A stretch of DNA of 63,458 bases, counting the filler, from Octopus bimaculoides (Eukaryota), in NCBI RefSeq assembly GCF_001194135.2. It is 6 parts of 5 records of this genome, joined end to end, with 100 filler letters (N's around TTAATTAATTAA, not from the genome) between each part and the next. Parts side by side here need not be neighbours in the genome. Positions count along the whole stretch, not along the records: positions 21,632 to 36,916 come from NC_069001.1; positions 37,017 to 50,847 come from NC_069001.1; 4 more parts are not named here. One strand, given 5' to 3'. The first letter of the stretch is position 1; each line of letters begins with the position of its first letter. Position numbers and translations under genes: made by a program. Shown one piece after another: positions 25,031 to 38,069 of this stretch. The notes under the pieces are model-generated. The model was given only the letters and a program-made list of their open reading frames with translations. It was not told the DNA's origin and ran no database searches.

Positions 25031-25429
25031 CAATTTCGCATAAAAGACCTGTGGTCATTCTTTGAGATATTTTTAATAAAAAAATAAAAGTATATCTCAA
25101 AGGGCATCAAATGTTACATTTCCTTTTAGCCATTAACCACAATTCCAATCTCTACGTTAAGACATATTAGACATTATAATTATGAAGCCCAGTCTTAATT
25201 GAAGATAAAGTTCCCTGGACTTCCACTCAACTGAAGTTTTGCGAATGCTCCACAAGTTTGTTTTGGTAAGTCTTGCTTGGATACAGGGATACTTTTTCCT
25301 CAGATATAAGGGTATTTTTCCTTGTTGGCTCGGCATCAGGGTGGATTCCACTAAAAGTACTCAAAAAAAACCCAGATCAAGGTATTAAACCGGTGAACGG
25401 CGGATTAATCCACAATTCACTCCTCAAAA

Positions 25430-25700
25430 AGTGTAGGTGTGTGGCTTCGTAGTTAAGATGTTGCTATCGTGGTTTCGATTCCTGGACCGGGCGGAGTGTT
25501 GTGTTCTCAAGCAAAACACTTCATTTTGCGTTGCTCCAGTCCACTCATCAGTAAATAAGCAGCCTTGCGATGGATTGGCATTCCGTTCAGAGGGGATGGT
25601 CTGATCCCACTTACTTATATACCATGGAAACCTGGCAACTGGCCTCATGAATCCTAGGACTCGGTGACAGTAATATCCAGGGGTCACGGATACCATCCAT
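25430..25700 (+). mobile_element. tRNA-derived SINE, family B variant
   Basis: tttcgattcctggaccgggcg..gcaaaacacttcatttt..gttgctccagtccactca, as at 26575 and 32550. Confidence 0.7.
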
Positions 25701-26116
25701 CCGACGAGGCTTCTGCACAGTTTCTGCCAACCCAATTTCATTGATTTGACAACGCGTTGAATTGAGATTGACGACGGATTAAGTCTGTCCCTCACCCACG
25801 GCTACCGATATAGTCAAGCCAATGGGTTTCTCCACAGTTGCCATCTACTCGACATCATTCACAAGGTCTGCGAATTTACTTGCAGATGTTCCGTGCCGTA
25901 CGATCGAACCCGGAAACACGTAGTTACAAATCGAAATTCCTAACCACAAGGTTATATGTGTAGTAGTTTGTTTTATTGGCCTTTTTCTGTGTTTTAGCTC
26001 TAACAGATAAGACCATGCTGGAGCACCAATTTTCAAGACTATTCTATGCTTTTATTACACACACACATATACATACAAACAAGCAGATAAATATATATAT
26101 AATCTTCAAATAAGAC

Positions 26117-26155
<39 letters not shown>

Positions 26156-26173
26156 ATGATAGATAGATAGAAT

Positions 26174-26232
<59 letters not shown>

Positions 26233-26241
26233 GTCACTCAC

Positions 26242-26481
26242 CATCTTTGTTCATCTTCATATCCAGGCATTTTCTGAAGCGACATGCCTGGCACTGATTC
26301 CGACGAGCAATATCAACGACACATGCGCCAGATTCCTTACATACATAGTCAAGGTTTCTTCGAATGCTTCGCTTGAAGAATCCACGACATCCGTCACAGC
26401 TAAGAACGCCGTAGTGCTTTCCAGAAGCCCGGTCTCCACAGACCAGGCACACGGCATCGCTTTTCTTACAGTTCACCGGAC
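26242..26481 (-). CDS. NR2E6: Nuclear receptor DNA-binding domain exon (two C4 fingers), NR2E / PNR-like (NR2E6-type)
   Basis: Acceptor tactttctag|GT, donor GATG|gtgagt, 240 nt, phase 1-1. [82 protein letters not shown] and MNKD indicate NR2E. P-box CDGCRG and a C-X5-C D-box fit the PNR-like NR2E6 subgroup as I recall it. Family call is secure; subfamily is less so. Confidence 0.9.
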
Positions 26482-26574
26482 CTAGAAAGTAACATCGAAC
26501 AGGGAGTAAAGAAAAAAAGAAACTTGAATTCAAGATCGATAAACATTTCTAAGGTAAGGCATATGCTTTTAGAG

Positions 26575-26892
26575 AAGGCACGTGACTAAGTGGTTAGTTT
26601 ATTCAGCTCACGATCTTACAATCGCGGGTTCGATTCTCGGTGGGCGTTGTGTCCTTGATCAAGACACTTTGTTTCACGTTGCTCCCGTCCACTCAGCTGG
26701 CAAAATTGAATTGTACCTGTATTTGAAGGAACCACCCTTGTCACGTTCCGTATCACACTGAATCTCCGAGAACTATGTTAAGGGTATGTGTGTCTGTGGA
26801 GTACTCAGCCACTTGCACATTAATCTCATGAGCAAGCTGTTCCGTTAATCGAATCAATTGGATCATTCGTCGTTGTTATCGACGGAGTGCCT
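26575..26892 (+). mobile_element. SINE family B (in NR2E intron 1)
   Basis: Head with gggttcgattctc B-box; shared body; ends gacggagtgcc. Confidence 0.82.
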
Positions 26893-26982
26893 CAGCCATG
26901 GTTTTATAGAAGGATTTTGGCTAGAGTTTCGTGGCAAAGGGTTTATCACGATTTGAAAATTATTTCAGCACACAACTCTAAG

Positions 26983-27060
<78 letters not shown>

Positions 27061-27364
27061 TGAGGGATTACCAATCGAGGCAAAATACTTCGTAATTTCT
27101 CTGTTGATACATCAGGCTAACAATATTGTTTAGATTAGTAAAGAACTCCAGGTATTCGGATGGCAGGGTCTGAGGTTATGGATCATCACAATGCTATTTT
27201 GTTAATCCGTGGCTGGACTCCAGTCAAACTGGTTTTTACCGCGAAGTTACTGGGGCGTAAACACGCCAACAGCGGTTATCAAACGGTGATGCAGGACAAA
27301 CTCAGACACAAAGAAACACGCACATATAAAATACACACACACACACACGCACACATATATATAT

Positions 27365-27640
27365 CTGAGCACTCCGTCGCTTACGGCGATGGAGGTTCCA
27401 GTTGATCTGACCAACGGAACAGCCTGCTCGTGAAATTAACGTGCAAGTGGCTGAGCACTCCACGGACACGTGTACCCTTAACGTAGTTCTCGGGGAGATC
27501 CAACGTGACACAGGATGTGACAAGTACTACTCATTTTTTACCAGCTGCGTAGACTCGAGAAATGTGAAATAAAGTGTCTTACTCAGAACACAACCCGCCG
27601 ACAAGAATTGAACTCATTCGTAAGCCGAATACCGTAACTA
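27365..27640 (-). mobile_element. SINE family B (in NR2E intron 1)
   Basis: Reverse complement of the family B body; inverted relative to the 26575 copy. Confidence 0.8.
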
Positions 27641-28131
27641 TTAAGCTATGTGCCCTCACTCATATATAGNNNNNNNNNNNNNNNNNNNNNNNNNNNNNNN
27701 NNNNNNNNNNNNNNNNNNNNNNNNNNNNNNNNNNNNNNNNNNNNNNNNNNNNNNNNNNNNNNNNNNNNNNNNNNNNNNNNNNNNNNNNNNNNNNNNNNNN
27801 NNNNNNNNNNNNNNNNNNNNNNNNNNNNNNNNNNNNNNNNNNNNNNNNNNNNNNNNNNNNNNNNNNNNNNNNNNNNNNNNNNNNNNNNNNNNNNNNNNNN
27901 NNNNNNNNNNNNNNNNNNNNNNNNNNNNNNNNNNNNNNNNNNNNNNNNNNNNNNNNNNNNNNNNNNNNNNNNNNNNNNNNNNNNNNNNNNNNNNNNNNNN
28001 NNNNNNNNNNNNNNNNNNNNNNNNNNNNNNNNNNNNNNNNNNNNNNNNNNNNNNNNNNNNNNNNNNNNNNNNNNNNNNNNNNNNNNNNNNNNNNNNNNNN
28101 NNNNNNNNNNNNNNNNNNNNNNNNNNNNNNN

Positions 28132-28183
<52 letters not shown>

Positions 28184-29074
28184 GTATAATGTATATCATA
28201 ATTGATGGCATAAAAGATGCATGGATGTATCAAATGCACCCAAATCTCTGCAGCGTATATTCAGGAAAAATGTCTTTAATGGATTAAAGCATCTAATATA
28301 AGACCCAAGTTCTCTTATAGGGCCCAGGAGGATTTGTTTTTAGACATTTTGGGGGTAAAGAAAGGCCTGTAGGCCAACAAATGCGGATTTGGATTTGCAA
28401 GACGCAACGAAAATTTTAGAAAAATAAAGAAGGAGATGAGTGGAAATTTAACCGGTGAGTGTTTTAAATTATAAGGCACCAAAAGAGAATGGCTCTCCCC
28501 GGACACAACGGAATATATATTTATATATATATGTGTGTGTGTGTGTATAAATACGTATATATATATCTATATCTATGTGTGTGTGTGTGTGTGTAGTAAA
28601 TGATGTATTCTAGATATGACCCTCAAGACTTTATTATCCAATGACCACATTACCCATTTTTAGCAAGACTCAAGTCTGTAATCTGAGGTAAATTTGGTTA
28701 CCATTTCTAACAGAATTTGTTCTTTTTCCTCCTAATTAGCGAGGTGATAGAAAGCGTCTTCTACTACGACCCTATCTCGACGAATGCCTTGGGAATGAAT
28801 TTGGAGACGGAAACTGTGTGGAATCCCGTCGTATATATATGTATGTATGTGTGTGTGTCGTAAAAAAAGTTCGTTTTCTTCGTCTTTATGTTTTCGTTTC
28901 TCATTGTGTTTAACGTATTTTGTGATGTCCTGTACCATGTGTGCATGTGTGTATGTATATATTTGAATATGTATGTGTATAGATATATATGAACACACAC
29001 ACACACACATATATGAATACATGTATGTATATATATATACACATATATATATGTACATATATATAATTAATAAA

Positions 29075-29114
<40 letters not shown>

Positions 29115-29279
29115 TATAATTAATAAAAACATATATATATATATATATATATACATATGCACACACATTCACACACATACATATATACATACATGTGTGT
29201 ATGTATGATACACACAGCGACACGCACACACACACACATGTATGTATTTATGATTGTATGTGTCGATGCTAGTATCTAT

Positions 29280-29500
29280 GTGTGTTCCCCCACCACCACT
29301 TGACAACCGATGTTAGTTTATTTACGTCCCCGTAACTTAGTGATTCGTCGGCAAAAAACACCGATAGGATACGTAACCTGACTTTTTTAAATAAAAAAAA
29401 AGTAGAAGTCGATATGTTCGACTTAAACTTTTCAAAGCGGTGCCCCAGTATGGCCGAAGTGCAACGACCGAAACGAGTGACAGAGAAAGACAAATAAAGG
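29280..29500 (+). mobile_element. SINE family C tail half
   Basis: cacttgacaaccgatg..tttacgtccccgtaacttag..gtgccccagtatggcc. Confidence 0.75.
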
Positions 29501-29569
29501 TAAGACTTGTTGCTCAAATGCATAAAAAAGACGAATTCAAAATGGTGGAAATTGTGAAAACTAACTTAC

Positions 29570-29597
29570 GTTCGGCAGTTACGATGTCGGTAGCCAT
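29570..29597 (-). CDS. NR2E6: NR2E-type nuclear receptor, first coding exon (MATDIVTAE-R)
   Basis: Good initiation context aaaaacATGG and strong phase-1 donor GAAC|gtaagt. C+GT forms Arg and joins in frame to the DBD exon: [26 protein letters not shown]. Confidence 0.75.
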
Positions 29598-30149
29598 GTT
29601 TTTCCTTTTACATCAAAAAGCAGCAACGACTGAAGACTCTAAACGATCAAAACACCTTTTAATGGTCTTTTTATCTCCTGTAAGTCTTTTGACTGCATCT
29701 GCTGCAAGTCAGTGACTGTGTGCGGCGGCCACAGCGAGGGGGGGTGACAGAGGCCGCTGTGGTGCTGGGGCTGACGGTGGCGGTGTTAGTATTGTCAGTG
29801 GTGGTGGTGGTGGTGGTGGTGGTGGTGATAGTGTTGGAGTTATTAGCAATATTGGTGATGTTGTTTGCGGTAGTGGTAGTAGTGACGGTGGTGGTTATAG
29901 TAGTGAAAGTTATGGTCGCGGTGGAGGGATGCCAGTGTTGCTACCACTTTTGTTGTTGTTGTTACTGTTGTTTTTGTTTTTTGTAGACAAACAGATGTTT
30001 TCTTGGTTATTGTTCTTGTTGTTATTGCTTATATCCGTTGTTTTCTTTTTAGTTTGCTGTTTCTTTATATTAATTGTAAGACAGTGGTGTAGTGACGTTC
30101 ATGCATCTCCGACTGTTGTTGTTGTTGTTGCGCGTGCCGATGTTGCCCC

Positions 30150-30380
30150 GTTCTCGACGATTGGTGCATTTACTTTGTTGTTTAACTTCCGGTAATCCCA
30201 ATGAAAGCCGTTCCAGTCGTGATCATCCCATCCGTAATAAATCTTATGAGATCACGTCATGTTTTCTTCCAGTTTTCTTCATTTTTTTTAAGACAGCAGG
30301 ATGTGATTTTAGGGAGATTTGACTGCTGTTTCTAACACATCGACCGACTGCCTAGAAACTCTTATTGGTTCAACGTAGTG
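30150..30380. promoter_or_regulatory. Candidate promoter of the NR2E gene
   Basis: Unique sequence ~600 bp upstream of the ATG with ACTTCCGGT (ETS-like, 30185), TAATCC (K50 homeodomain, 30193), TCACGTCA (CRE-like, 30252) and ATTGG (30160, ~30365). Motif presence only. Confidence 0.3.
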
Positions 30381-30399
30381 ATGTGGTGATGTTTATGCC

Positions 30400-30529
30400 T
30401 CTCTTACTTTTAATGGTTTTGCTGTTGTTGTTGTTGTCTATGCGACTCTGAGCAGGCTTGTTATTGTTGTTGTTATCGTTGTTGTTGTTGTTGTTCTTTT
30501 TAAATGATTAGATTGTTATTATTGTGTCA

Positions 30530-30579
<50 letters not shown>

Positions 30580-31660
30580 AAGAGTCGTTTCATGGTTATA
30601 ATTGTTCGCGTTATTACGTTGATATTCCTGTCGGACTCATTACATGGTTATTACAATGTTGTTATTATATTGTCATTATATTGTTGCTATCATTTATGTT
30701 CTTACATATTGTTGATGTCATAACATCGTTATTATTGTTTGGTCAGTTACATAATCATCACCTTTTCAGTTATTACCGTAACATTTATTACCTTCTTATT
30801 ATATTGGTCATTACATATTTTGTTATTTAAAAGTGTTGTTTATTGTACTGTCATTAGTTACTGTGTTCTTATATAATTATTAATCTTTATGTCATTAAAT
30901 TGTCATTATTGTTTAGTTGTATTAATATTACTATTTCAGTTATTACTTGTATAGTTATTACAAGTAATAATGTTAGTTTTGGGTTAGATAATCATTACGT
31001 TTACGTTTATTTCGTTGTTATTGCTGTTTTATTATGACGTTTTTATTACTGTTTTGCTTGTTATTACCTGCTGCATCATTACATTATTGCTATTATTGTT
31101 TGTTATAATTATTATTGCCATTTTTATTACGTTTTTTTTTCTAATTTGAGGTTATTAAATTGTTGACATTGTTTGCATTATTGCAGTGTCATGTCTGTTT
31201 TAAGATGTTACCTTCTTATTACTGTTAGAGTTATTACATAGTTATTACAATTTGTGCTACTATACTGTTATTTATATGTTGGTCATTATAAGTGTTATTA
31301 CAGTTAGTTTTATTACATTGTTATTACTGAGGTTGTTATTAATATTTTATCTCAGTTGGTATTCTTATTAGTGTTAGATTTTACAATGTTATTACAGTTA
31401 ATGTTATTATATTGTTATTGCTGTGTGTGTGGTCATTACCATATTATAACAGTTAATGTTATTCTCTTAGTATTTCTGTGTTGATCATTACAATATTTTT
31501 TTGCAGGTAATTGTATTGTCATTACTGTGTTAGTTATTACAATGTTATTACAGTTAATGTTGTTATATTGTTATTACTACTGTGTCGGTCATCGATTTAT
31601 TTGTGTTACGAAGTTAATGTTGTTCTTGTTGTTGGTAACTGATGAAGGACGAAATACTGT
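30400..31660. repeat. T-rich cryptic simple-sequence block (degenerate TTA/TTG/GTT)
   Basis: Strongly T-skewed. The phrase ttacaatgttattacagttaatgtt..tatattgttatt recurs at ~31380 and ~31535. Confidence 0.75.
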
Positions 31661-32491
31661 TGTTATTATTGTTTAGGCCCAGGTCAGCTTTGATCCATTT
31701 GTCTTATGATGGAAAGCATTCCATCCGTGACCAAGGCACATGATTTTGTTCTTGTCAGACAAACTATGTATCCATGTGTATTTTATCCAATGCTTTCCCC
31801 TTTCCTTTTGTTTGTTTTTTGGGGGTTTTTTTATAGTAAGACAGAAAGTGAAGAAGATATTTTGCTACTATTTCTAGCTTGTCGAGTGACCACATGCAAT
31901 ATTCCGGGCCGGTTGCTGTTGGTGTTGTTGTTGTTGTTCTTGTTGATGATGATGATGATGATGATGATGATATTGCTACTACTGCAGTTACTGTTGTTTT
32001 TGTTGTTCTTGTAAGTGTTGTTGTTGCTAAGGCTGCTGTCGTCGCCTTAATACTTGGTGTCTTCAGATAAAAGAAAGAGTTTTTGCAATTTAAATATAAA
32101 TGAAAAAAAAAAGTTTTATGGAAAATAAAAATGACGAAATGGATCGTCTAAAATGCTGTTCACCCGCCATCCCCACCACCAACACCACTATCACTACTGC
32201 CACCACCACCACCAATACCACCATCACCATCACCAAGCCAGAATTTTATGGGCACGCCCATCCCTGCCGTCATAGGTAGTTGTAACGGACGGGTGGGGCA
32301 ACGGAGAAGGTCAGTACGAAATGAAAGAGGCGGCGGGAGGATGGATGAATCCAAATGTGTATGTGTATGTAGAGATAGATATGTGTATGTATGTGTGTGT
32401 GTATGTGTGTATGTATGTATGTGTATGTATGTGTGTATACACACATAAATGTAGATATAGATACATAGATATGCACATATATATATGTATG

Positions 32492-32546
<55 letters not shown>

Positions 32547-32549
32547 GTG

Positions 32550-33277
32550 AAGGCGCATGGTTCAGTGGTTAGAAAGTCAAGCTTACGATCGTGAAGTAGT
32601 GAGTTCGATTCCCGGACCGGGCTGCGTGTTGTGCTCTTGAGCAAGACACTTTTACTTCATGTTGCTCCAGTTCACTCAGCTGTAGAAATGAGTTGTGATG
32701 TCACTGGTTCCAAGCTGTAACGGCCCCTTTGCTTTTCCCTTGGATAACATCATTGGTGTGTAGTGGGGAGGCTGGTATGCACGGGCAACTGCTGATCTTC
32801 CATAGAAACAACCCTAGGTTGTGCGTTCGCTGGTGAGGGCGACTTTCCGCCCAGACATGTACCCAAGAGGGGAACCTCTTAGGTGCACCCATCGTCATTC
32901 GTGACCGATGGAGTCGAGTTGTTGAGTTTTATATATATATATTGCTACGGCACTCCGTCGAGGGTTCCATTTGATCCGATCAACGGAACAGCCTGCTCGT
33001 GAAATTAACGTGCAAGTGGCTGAACATTCCACAGACACGTGTACCCTTACCGTAGCTCTCGAGGAGATTCAGCGTGACACAGAGTGTGACAAGACTGGCG
33101 TCTTTGAAATACAGGTGCAACAGAAGCAGGAAAAGTGAGAAAGTTGTGGTGAATGAATGCAGCAGAGTTCGCCAGCACCCTTTGCCGGATCCTCATGGAG
33201 CTTTAAGTGTTTTCGCTCAATAAACATTCACAACGCCCGGTCTGGAAATCGAAACCACGATCCTATGACCGCGAGTC
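32550..33277. mobile_element. Two SINE family B copies tail-to-tail (32550-32910 +, 32948-33277 -)
   Basis: Plus head gagttcgattcccggaccgggc; the minus copy is the reverse complement of the 841 element. Confidence 0.8.
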
Positions 33278-33570
33278 NNNNNNNNNNNNNNNNNNNNNNN
33301 NNNNNNNNNNNNNNNNNNNNNNNNNNNNNNNNNNNNNNNNNNNNNNNNNNNNNNNNNNNNNNNNNNNNNNNNNNNNNNNNNNNNNNNNNNNNNNNNNNNN
33401 NNNNNNNNNNNNNNNNNNNNNNNNNNNNNNNNNNNNNNNNNNNNNNNNNNNNNNNNNNNNNNNNNNNNNNNNNNNNNNNNNNNNNNNNNNNNNNNNNNNN
33501 NNNNNNNNNNNNNNNNNNNNNNNNNNNNNNNNNNNNNNNNNNNNNNNNNNNNNNNNNNNNNNNNNNNNNN

Positions 33571-33624
<54 letters not shown>

Positions 33625-33912
33625 AAGAGAGAGAGAGATCTAAAATAGGTAGGATCAAGGGAAAAAGTATTCCTTTCAGTGAGAGTTAAAGCACAACTTA
33701 ATACACAACCGAAAGACCTACAAATAATTTGAAGGTTTTATGATACTTTAACTAGGAATATTTGCCATCTCTCACCAAGCACTCTTTCAAGCCTTTGTTT
33801 ATAATATATATTAAAAACAAGAGCTCTGGACAGTGAGAAAATAAGAAAAGAAAAAAAAAACGAGAAGAAAAATGCGAAGAAGGCTGATGCATCTGTCCAG
33901 CGCCGTTGGTTT

Positions 33913-34127
33913 TATTTGGTTGGTGCATAATTATTGCAAACCAACAAAAGCAATAACAACATTTAACAAAAAAACATCCTCAAATGACGGTCTAACCGTC
34001 TGTCAAGCAAATGGGAAGCAGTAACTGAAGTAGATGGTGAATATACTTCGGAATAATCATTCAAAGATGTTTTTGTTGAATAAAATTTGTTGAAAAAAAG
34101 GCGCAATAATTGTGCACCAACCCAATA
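33913..34127 (+). mobile_element. Internally deleted mariner / MITE
   Basis: 25-bp TIRs including TA (tatttggttggtgcataattattgc ... gcaataattgtgcaccaacccaata; 23/25 match). The interior retains a transposase C-terminus, SKWEAVTEVDGEYTSE*. Confidence 0.85.
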
Positions 34128-35959
34128 AAATATATCTAATACCAAAAGTGAGCCTAAAAAACTGCTTGGAGGTACATGGCGTATTTTATAAATATGCCTA
34201 TTAAAAGTATCATAAAAGCATGAAACTGTTAGCAGCTCTTTCGGTTGTGTATTAAATTAATACACACACATATATATATATATATATAATGGTGCTGGTA
34301 GTGGTGGGATGGATGGCGATCGTTGTCAACTTCTTAATGGTGACGTAGTGTATGACATTGTGTGGGGTAACGCAGTGTTTGCGTTGCATTGTCTGGTGGT
34401 GGTGGCAGAGGTGATGGTATTTGTAGCGATGGCGGCAGCGGCGACAAGAAGGCAATTATGATGAGGAGGTGGGTGGAAACAATGCTGGCGGTAGTGATGT
34501 TGTGGCTGGTTCGCCGCCGCCGCCGCTGCTGCTGCTACTGCTGTTGATGATGATGATGAGGATCGTGGTGGTGATGGTGGCGACTAGAGATATTGATGAG
34601 GATAATAAACATCTTGATGGTAGTGGTGGTGGCGGTGGTTGTGGGTGAGGGCGGTCGGAGCGGGACATGAGTAGGGCTGTCGACAGTGTGGGGTGAGGTA
34701 ACTAATTATGAATGGTCTGTTATATAAAAAAACAATATATACATACATATATATATATATTTATGTGTGTGTGTGTGTTTGTTGGGGCAGAAGGTGAAGG
34801 GGCGCGCGATGAAAGCCAATTGAGAATTATACAAATCTAATCATAAGATTATAAGCGGGGAGTACGATAGGGGTGAGGAAGGAATTGTGATAAGAGGGGG
34901 GAGAATGAGAGGGAAGGAGTGAGGGAGAGAGGGATAGGGAGAAAGAAAGGAAGAAGGAAAAGTGAATGCAAGAGTGTGTGTGTGCATATATATAAATATC
35001 TATATATAAATGCATATACACATACACATATACACATACGTATATTTGTACGGACATATATGCATATACATACAGCCATATATGTGTGTGCGTACACATA
35101 TACATACATGTGTGTGTGTGTGTATGCATGTGTGTAGACATAACACATGGCTAAATACTTTGATAGCCAAATAGACAGACAGACAGACAGACAGACAGAT
35201 AGACGGAGGGATGGATGGATGGGAGAAAGAGAGGGGGGGAAAGAAGATAGAGGAAAAGGTGGTAGCCTGGAAGAGTAGAAGGGAGAGGAGGGGTGGGAGT
35301 GGCGAGGGAGATCAGAGATATGACAATAACAAGTAAGATGAGAAGGTGTGAAGGAGTTCCGTCTCCCTTTCCATCCCCTGCCAACCTTACCCTGACCATC
35401 ACCGTGCAATCACTATTGCCAACGCCACCGCCTTCGACAACACTTTCATTACCTGCAACCACCACCACCGCCACCACCGCCACCGACAACACAAACAGCC
35501 ACCACTTCCTACACCACCAATACTAACAACAACAACAACACCTAACACTGCCCCTACGAACCCTCAGCCCCACCANNNNNNNNNNNNNNNNNNNNNNNNN
35601 NNNNNNNNNNNNNNNNNNNNNNNNNNNNNNNNNNNNNNNNNNNNNNNNNNNNNNNNNNNNNNNNNNNNNNNNNNNNNNNNNNNNNNNNNNNNNNNNNNNN
35701 NNNNNNNNNNNNNNNNNNNNNNNNNNNNNNNNNNNNNNNNNNNNNNNNNNNNNNNNNNNNNNNNNNNNNNNNNNNNNNNNNNNNNNNNNNNNNNNNNNNN
35801 NNNNNNNNNNNNNNNNNNNNNNNNNNNNNNNNNNNNNNNNNNNNNNNNNNNNNNNNNCAAGCAAACCAACACATGTAAATACTGACACAAACTACAAACA
35901 CACTATTTACATACTACATATACACTATATATATATATAGACATATATACATACATATA

Positions 35960-36011
<52 letters not shown>

Positions 36012-36224
36012 AACATAGACACACACACACATATATATATTTATATTATGTATGTATACACACTCTGTATGCACAAACGTAGTTGAAGGAGAATACGAGC
36101 AACTATAGCAAATCAAAGTCGACTTACATCAGTCAATTACATATTCCCAACTCACCCACACAAATTGCGCCCAAACCCCTAACACACACACACACACACA
36201 CACGTGTGTGTGTGTATTTATCTT

Positions 36225-36420
36225 TAGTTGGAGACATTGGTCTGCGACCATGCTGGGGCACCGCCTCCAAGGGGATTCTAGTTGAAGAAATCGATCTCAG
36301 TACTTATGCTTTAACAGTGGTACTCGTTCTATCGATCCTTTGTGCTGAATCACTAAGTTGTGGGGACGGGGTCATAAACAAACCAGCACCCGCCATCAAA
36401 CGGTGGTCGGGAGACAAACA
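36225..36420 (-). mobile_element. SINE family C tail half
   Basis: ctgcgaccatgctggggcaccgcc..aaatcgatctcagtactta. Confidence 0.7.
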
Positions 36421-36494
36421 CGTGCGCTTGCACACACACACACACACACGCACACACATGCCTAAAAGTTAATCTGAAGCAATACAACATTCCT

Positions 36495-36830
36495 TTTGGT
36501 TTCTGAGAAAAAGCAGCAGAACGCAGGACCTGGCGCCAGTCCTGCTTCTGCTCAGCTCAAAGACTTGAGCCAAGTCGACTCTAACATCGGGACCCACTTC
36601 GTGCAAGCATGAAGGCCCGCTGCTCTTCTAAATAGAAACCTTACCTGTCGTCGTTGTGGCTTTGTAGCAGGAACCAAAGCAGGCCTTGCCGTCCACCCAA
36701 GAAAACACATACGGAATGATTTAAGGGCACTCAAGCACACTGAGTCCTCAACACTCGTTCCATTTACCAAAAGGTTCGCAAGGCAGCAGCAGGCCTCAAG
36801 AGATGCATTCGTGTCCACAAAACATGATTA
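36495..36830 (+). mobile_element. Decayed RTE-like LINE, 3' end with C-terminal Zn-finger remnants
   Basis: EKAAERRTWRQSC..RLEPSRL..LRASMK, LTCRRCGFVAGTKAGLAVH and QKVRKAAAGLKRCIRVHK* across frameshifts. Confidence 0.7.
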
Positions 36831-36916
36831 ACGCATTATTTTACTGAACCCTCATTTGTCGTCCACGGCAAGAGAATCCATCATTATACAAACATACATA
36901 CATACATACATATATA

Positions 36917-37016
36917 NNNNNNNNNNNNNNNNNNNNNNNNNNNNNNNNNNNNNNNNNNNNTTAATTAATTAANNNNNNNNNNNNNNNNNNNNNNNNNNNN
37001 NNNNNNNNNNNNNNNN
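36917..37016. other. Artificial assembly join
   Basis: 44 N + TTAATTAATTAA (36961-36972) + 44 N. Confidence 0.95.
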
Positions 37017-38069
37017 GGGGAGAGAATGAATTCTAAAGGAAAATTGTGACTCCAGGATTAAATGAAAACCATTCATCAAAGGAATAAAATATTATTATTA
37101 TTATTATTATTATTATTGTTATCAGCTTCACCAATATCATCATCATCATCATCACATTCATCATAGTCACTGCCATCACTATAATCAAAATTACCATCGT
37201 TATCATCACCATCATCATCGCCATCACCACCATCAGCAGCACCATCACTACTATCATTGCCTTCAACCTCACTCAAACCGCCAACATCTCCCACCCCACC
37301 TTCTTCATCAGTATTGCCACCACCACCACCACCACCACCATCATCACTCTCATTGTCATCACCACCATAATCACCATCATCATCATTGCCAACAACATCA
37401 GTGTCATCATCATCATCATTTTTGTGGCTGCTATTGTTTATGGCATTGTTGTTGATGATGATGCTGGTTGTGGTGGTGATGGCAGTTACTGTTGGGGTGA
37501 TAGTAGTAGTAATAGTAGTGGTAGTAGCAGCAGTGGTGGAGATGGTGGTGGTAGCGTTAGTGGTGATATTAACTAAAGGCTTTTGTAGTCATTGTTAGTG
37601 TCCTTTTGCTGGTATTATCCGCCTCATCATTTTCACTACCACCACCACCACCACCACCACCACTGCTACTACTATTCCTGTTACCATCACACCCGTTACT
37701 ACCCCCACTGCAACCGCTATCATCACCACCACCACCACCTCAACCAATGCCCAAACCACAATTACCACCACTACTACCACAACCACCACCACCATAACCA
37801 CCACCTCAACCAATGCCCAAATATATATATACTATACATATCACATGAATTTATCTGCAGAAATACAGTGAAATATATAGAAATAAAATTATGAAAATCC
37901 ATTATTTTTATTCTGTGTGTGCATATATGCCTCTGATGAGTCTATCTATGCATGTACAGAAATACACACACACACACATATATGTATGTATGAATTTATT
38001 TATATATGAGCCAGCCTTGAAAAATGGACATTTAATAGAACAATGATGATGATGATGATCTATAAACAC

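Noticed and set aside
24842-25033. ORF ..QVGFYAIKYDKYGRRIPHEVPDE.. as a receptor hinge exon
   Set aside because: Wrong phase, no AVQHER; another frame gives the RTE motif DAFHMRCL, so it is a LINE remnant.
25060-25102. 11-bp perfect inverted repeat (ctttgagatat/atatctcaaag); a similar 11-bp pair at 18461/18558
   Set aside because: Short and AT-rich; compatible with chance or tiny TE remnants; no functional context.
28370-28455. Plus-strand candidate exon ANKCGFGFARRNENFRKIKKEMSGNLT|gtgagt
   Set aside because: Good donor but poor acceptor tract; antisense in the receptor intron; no homology recognised.
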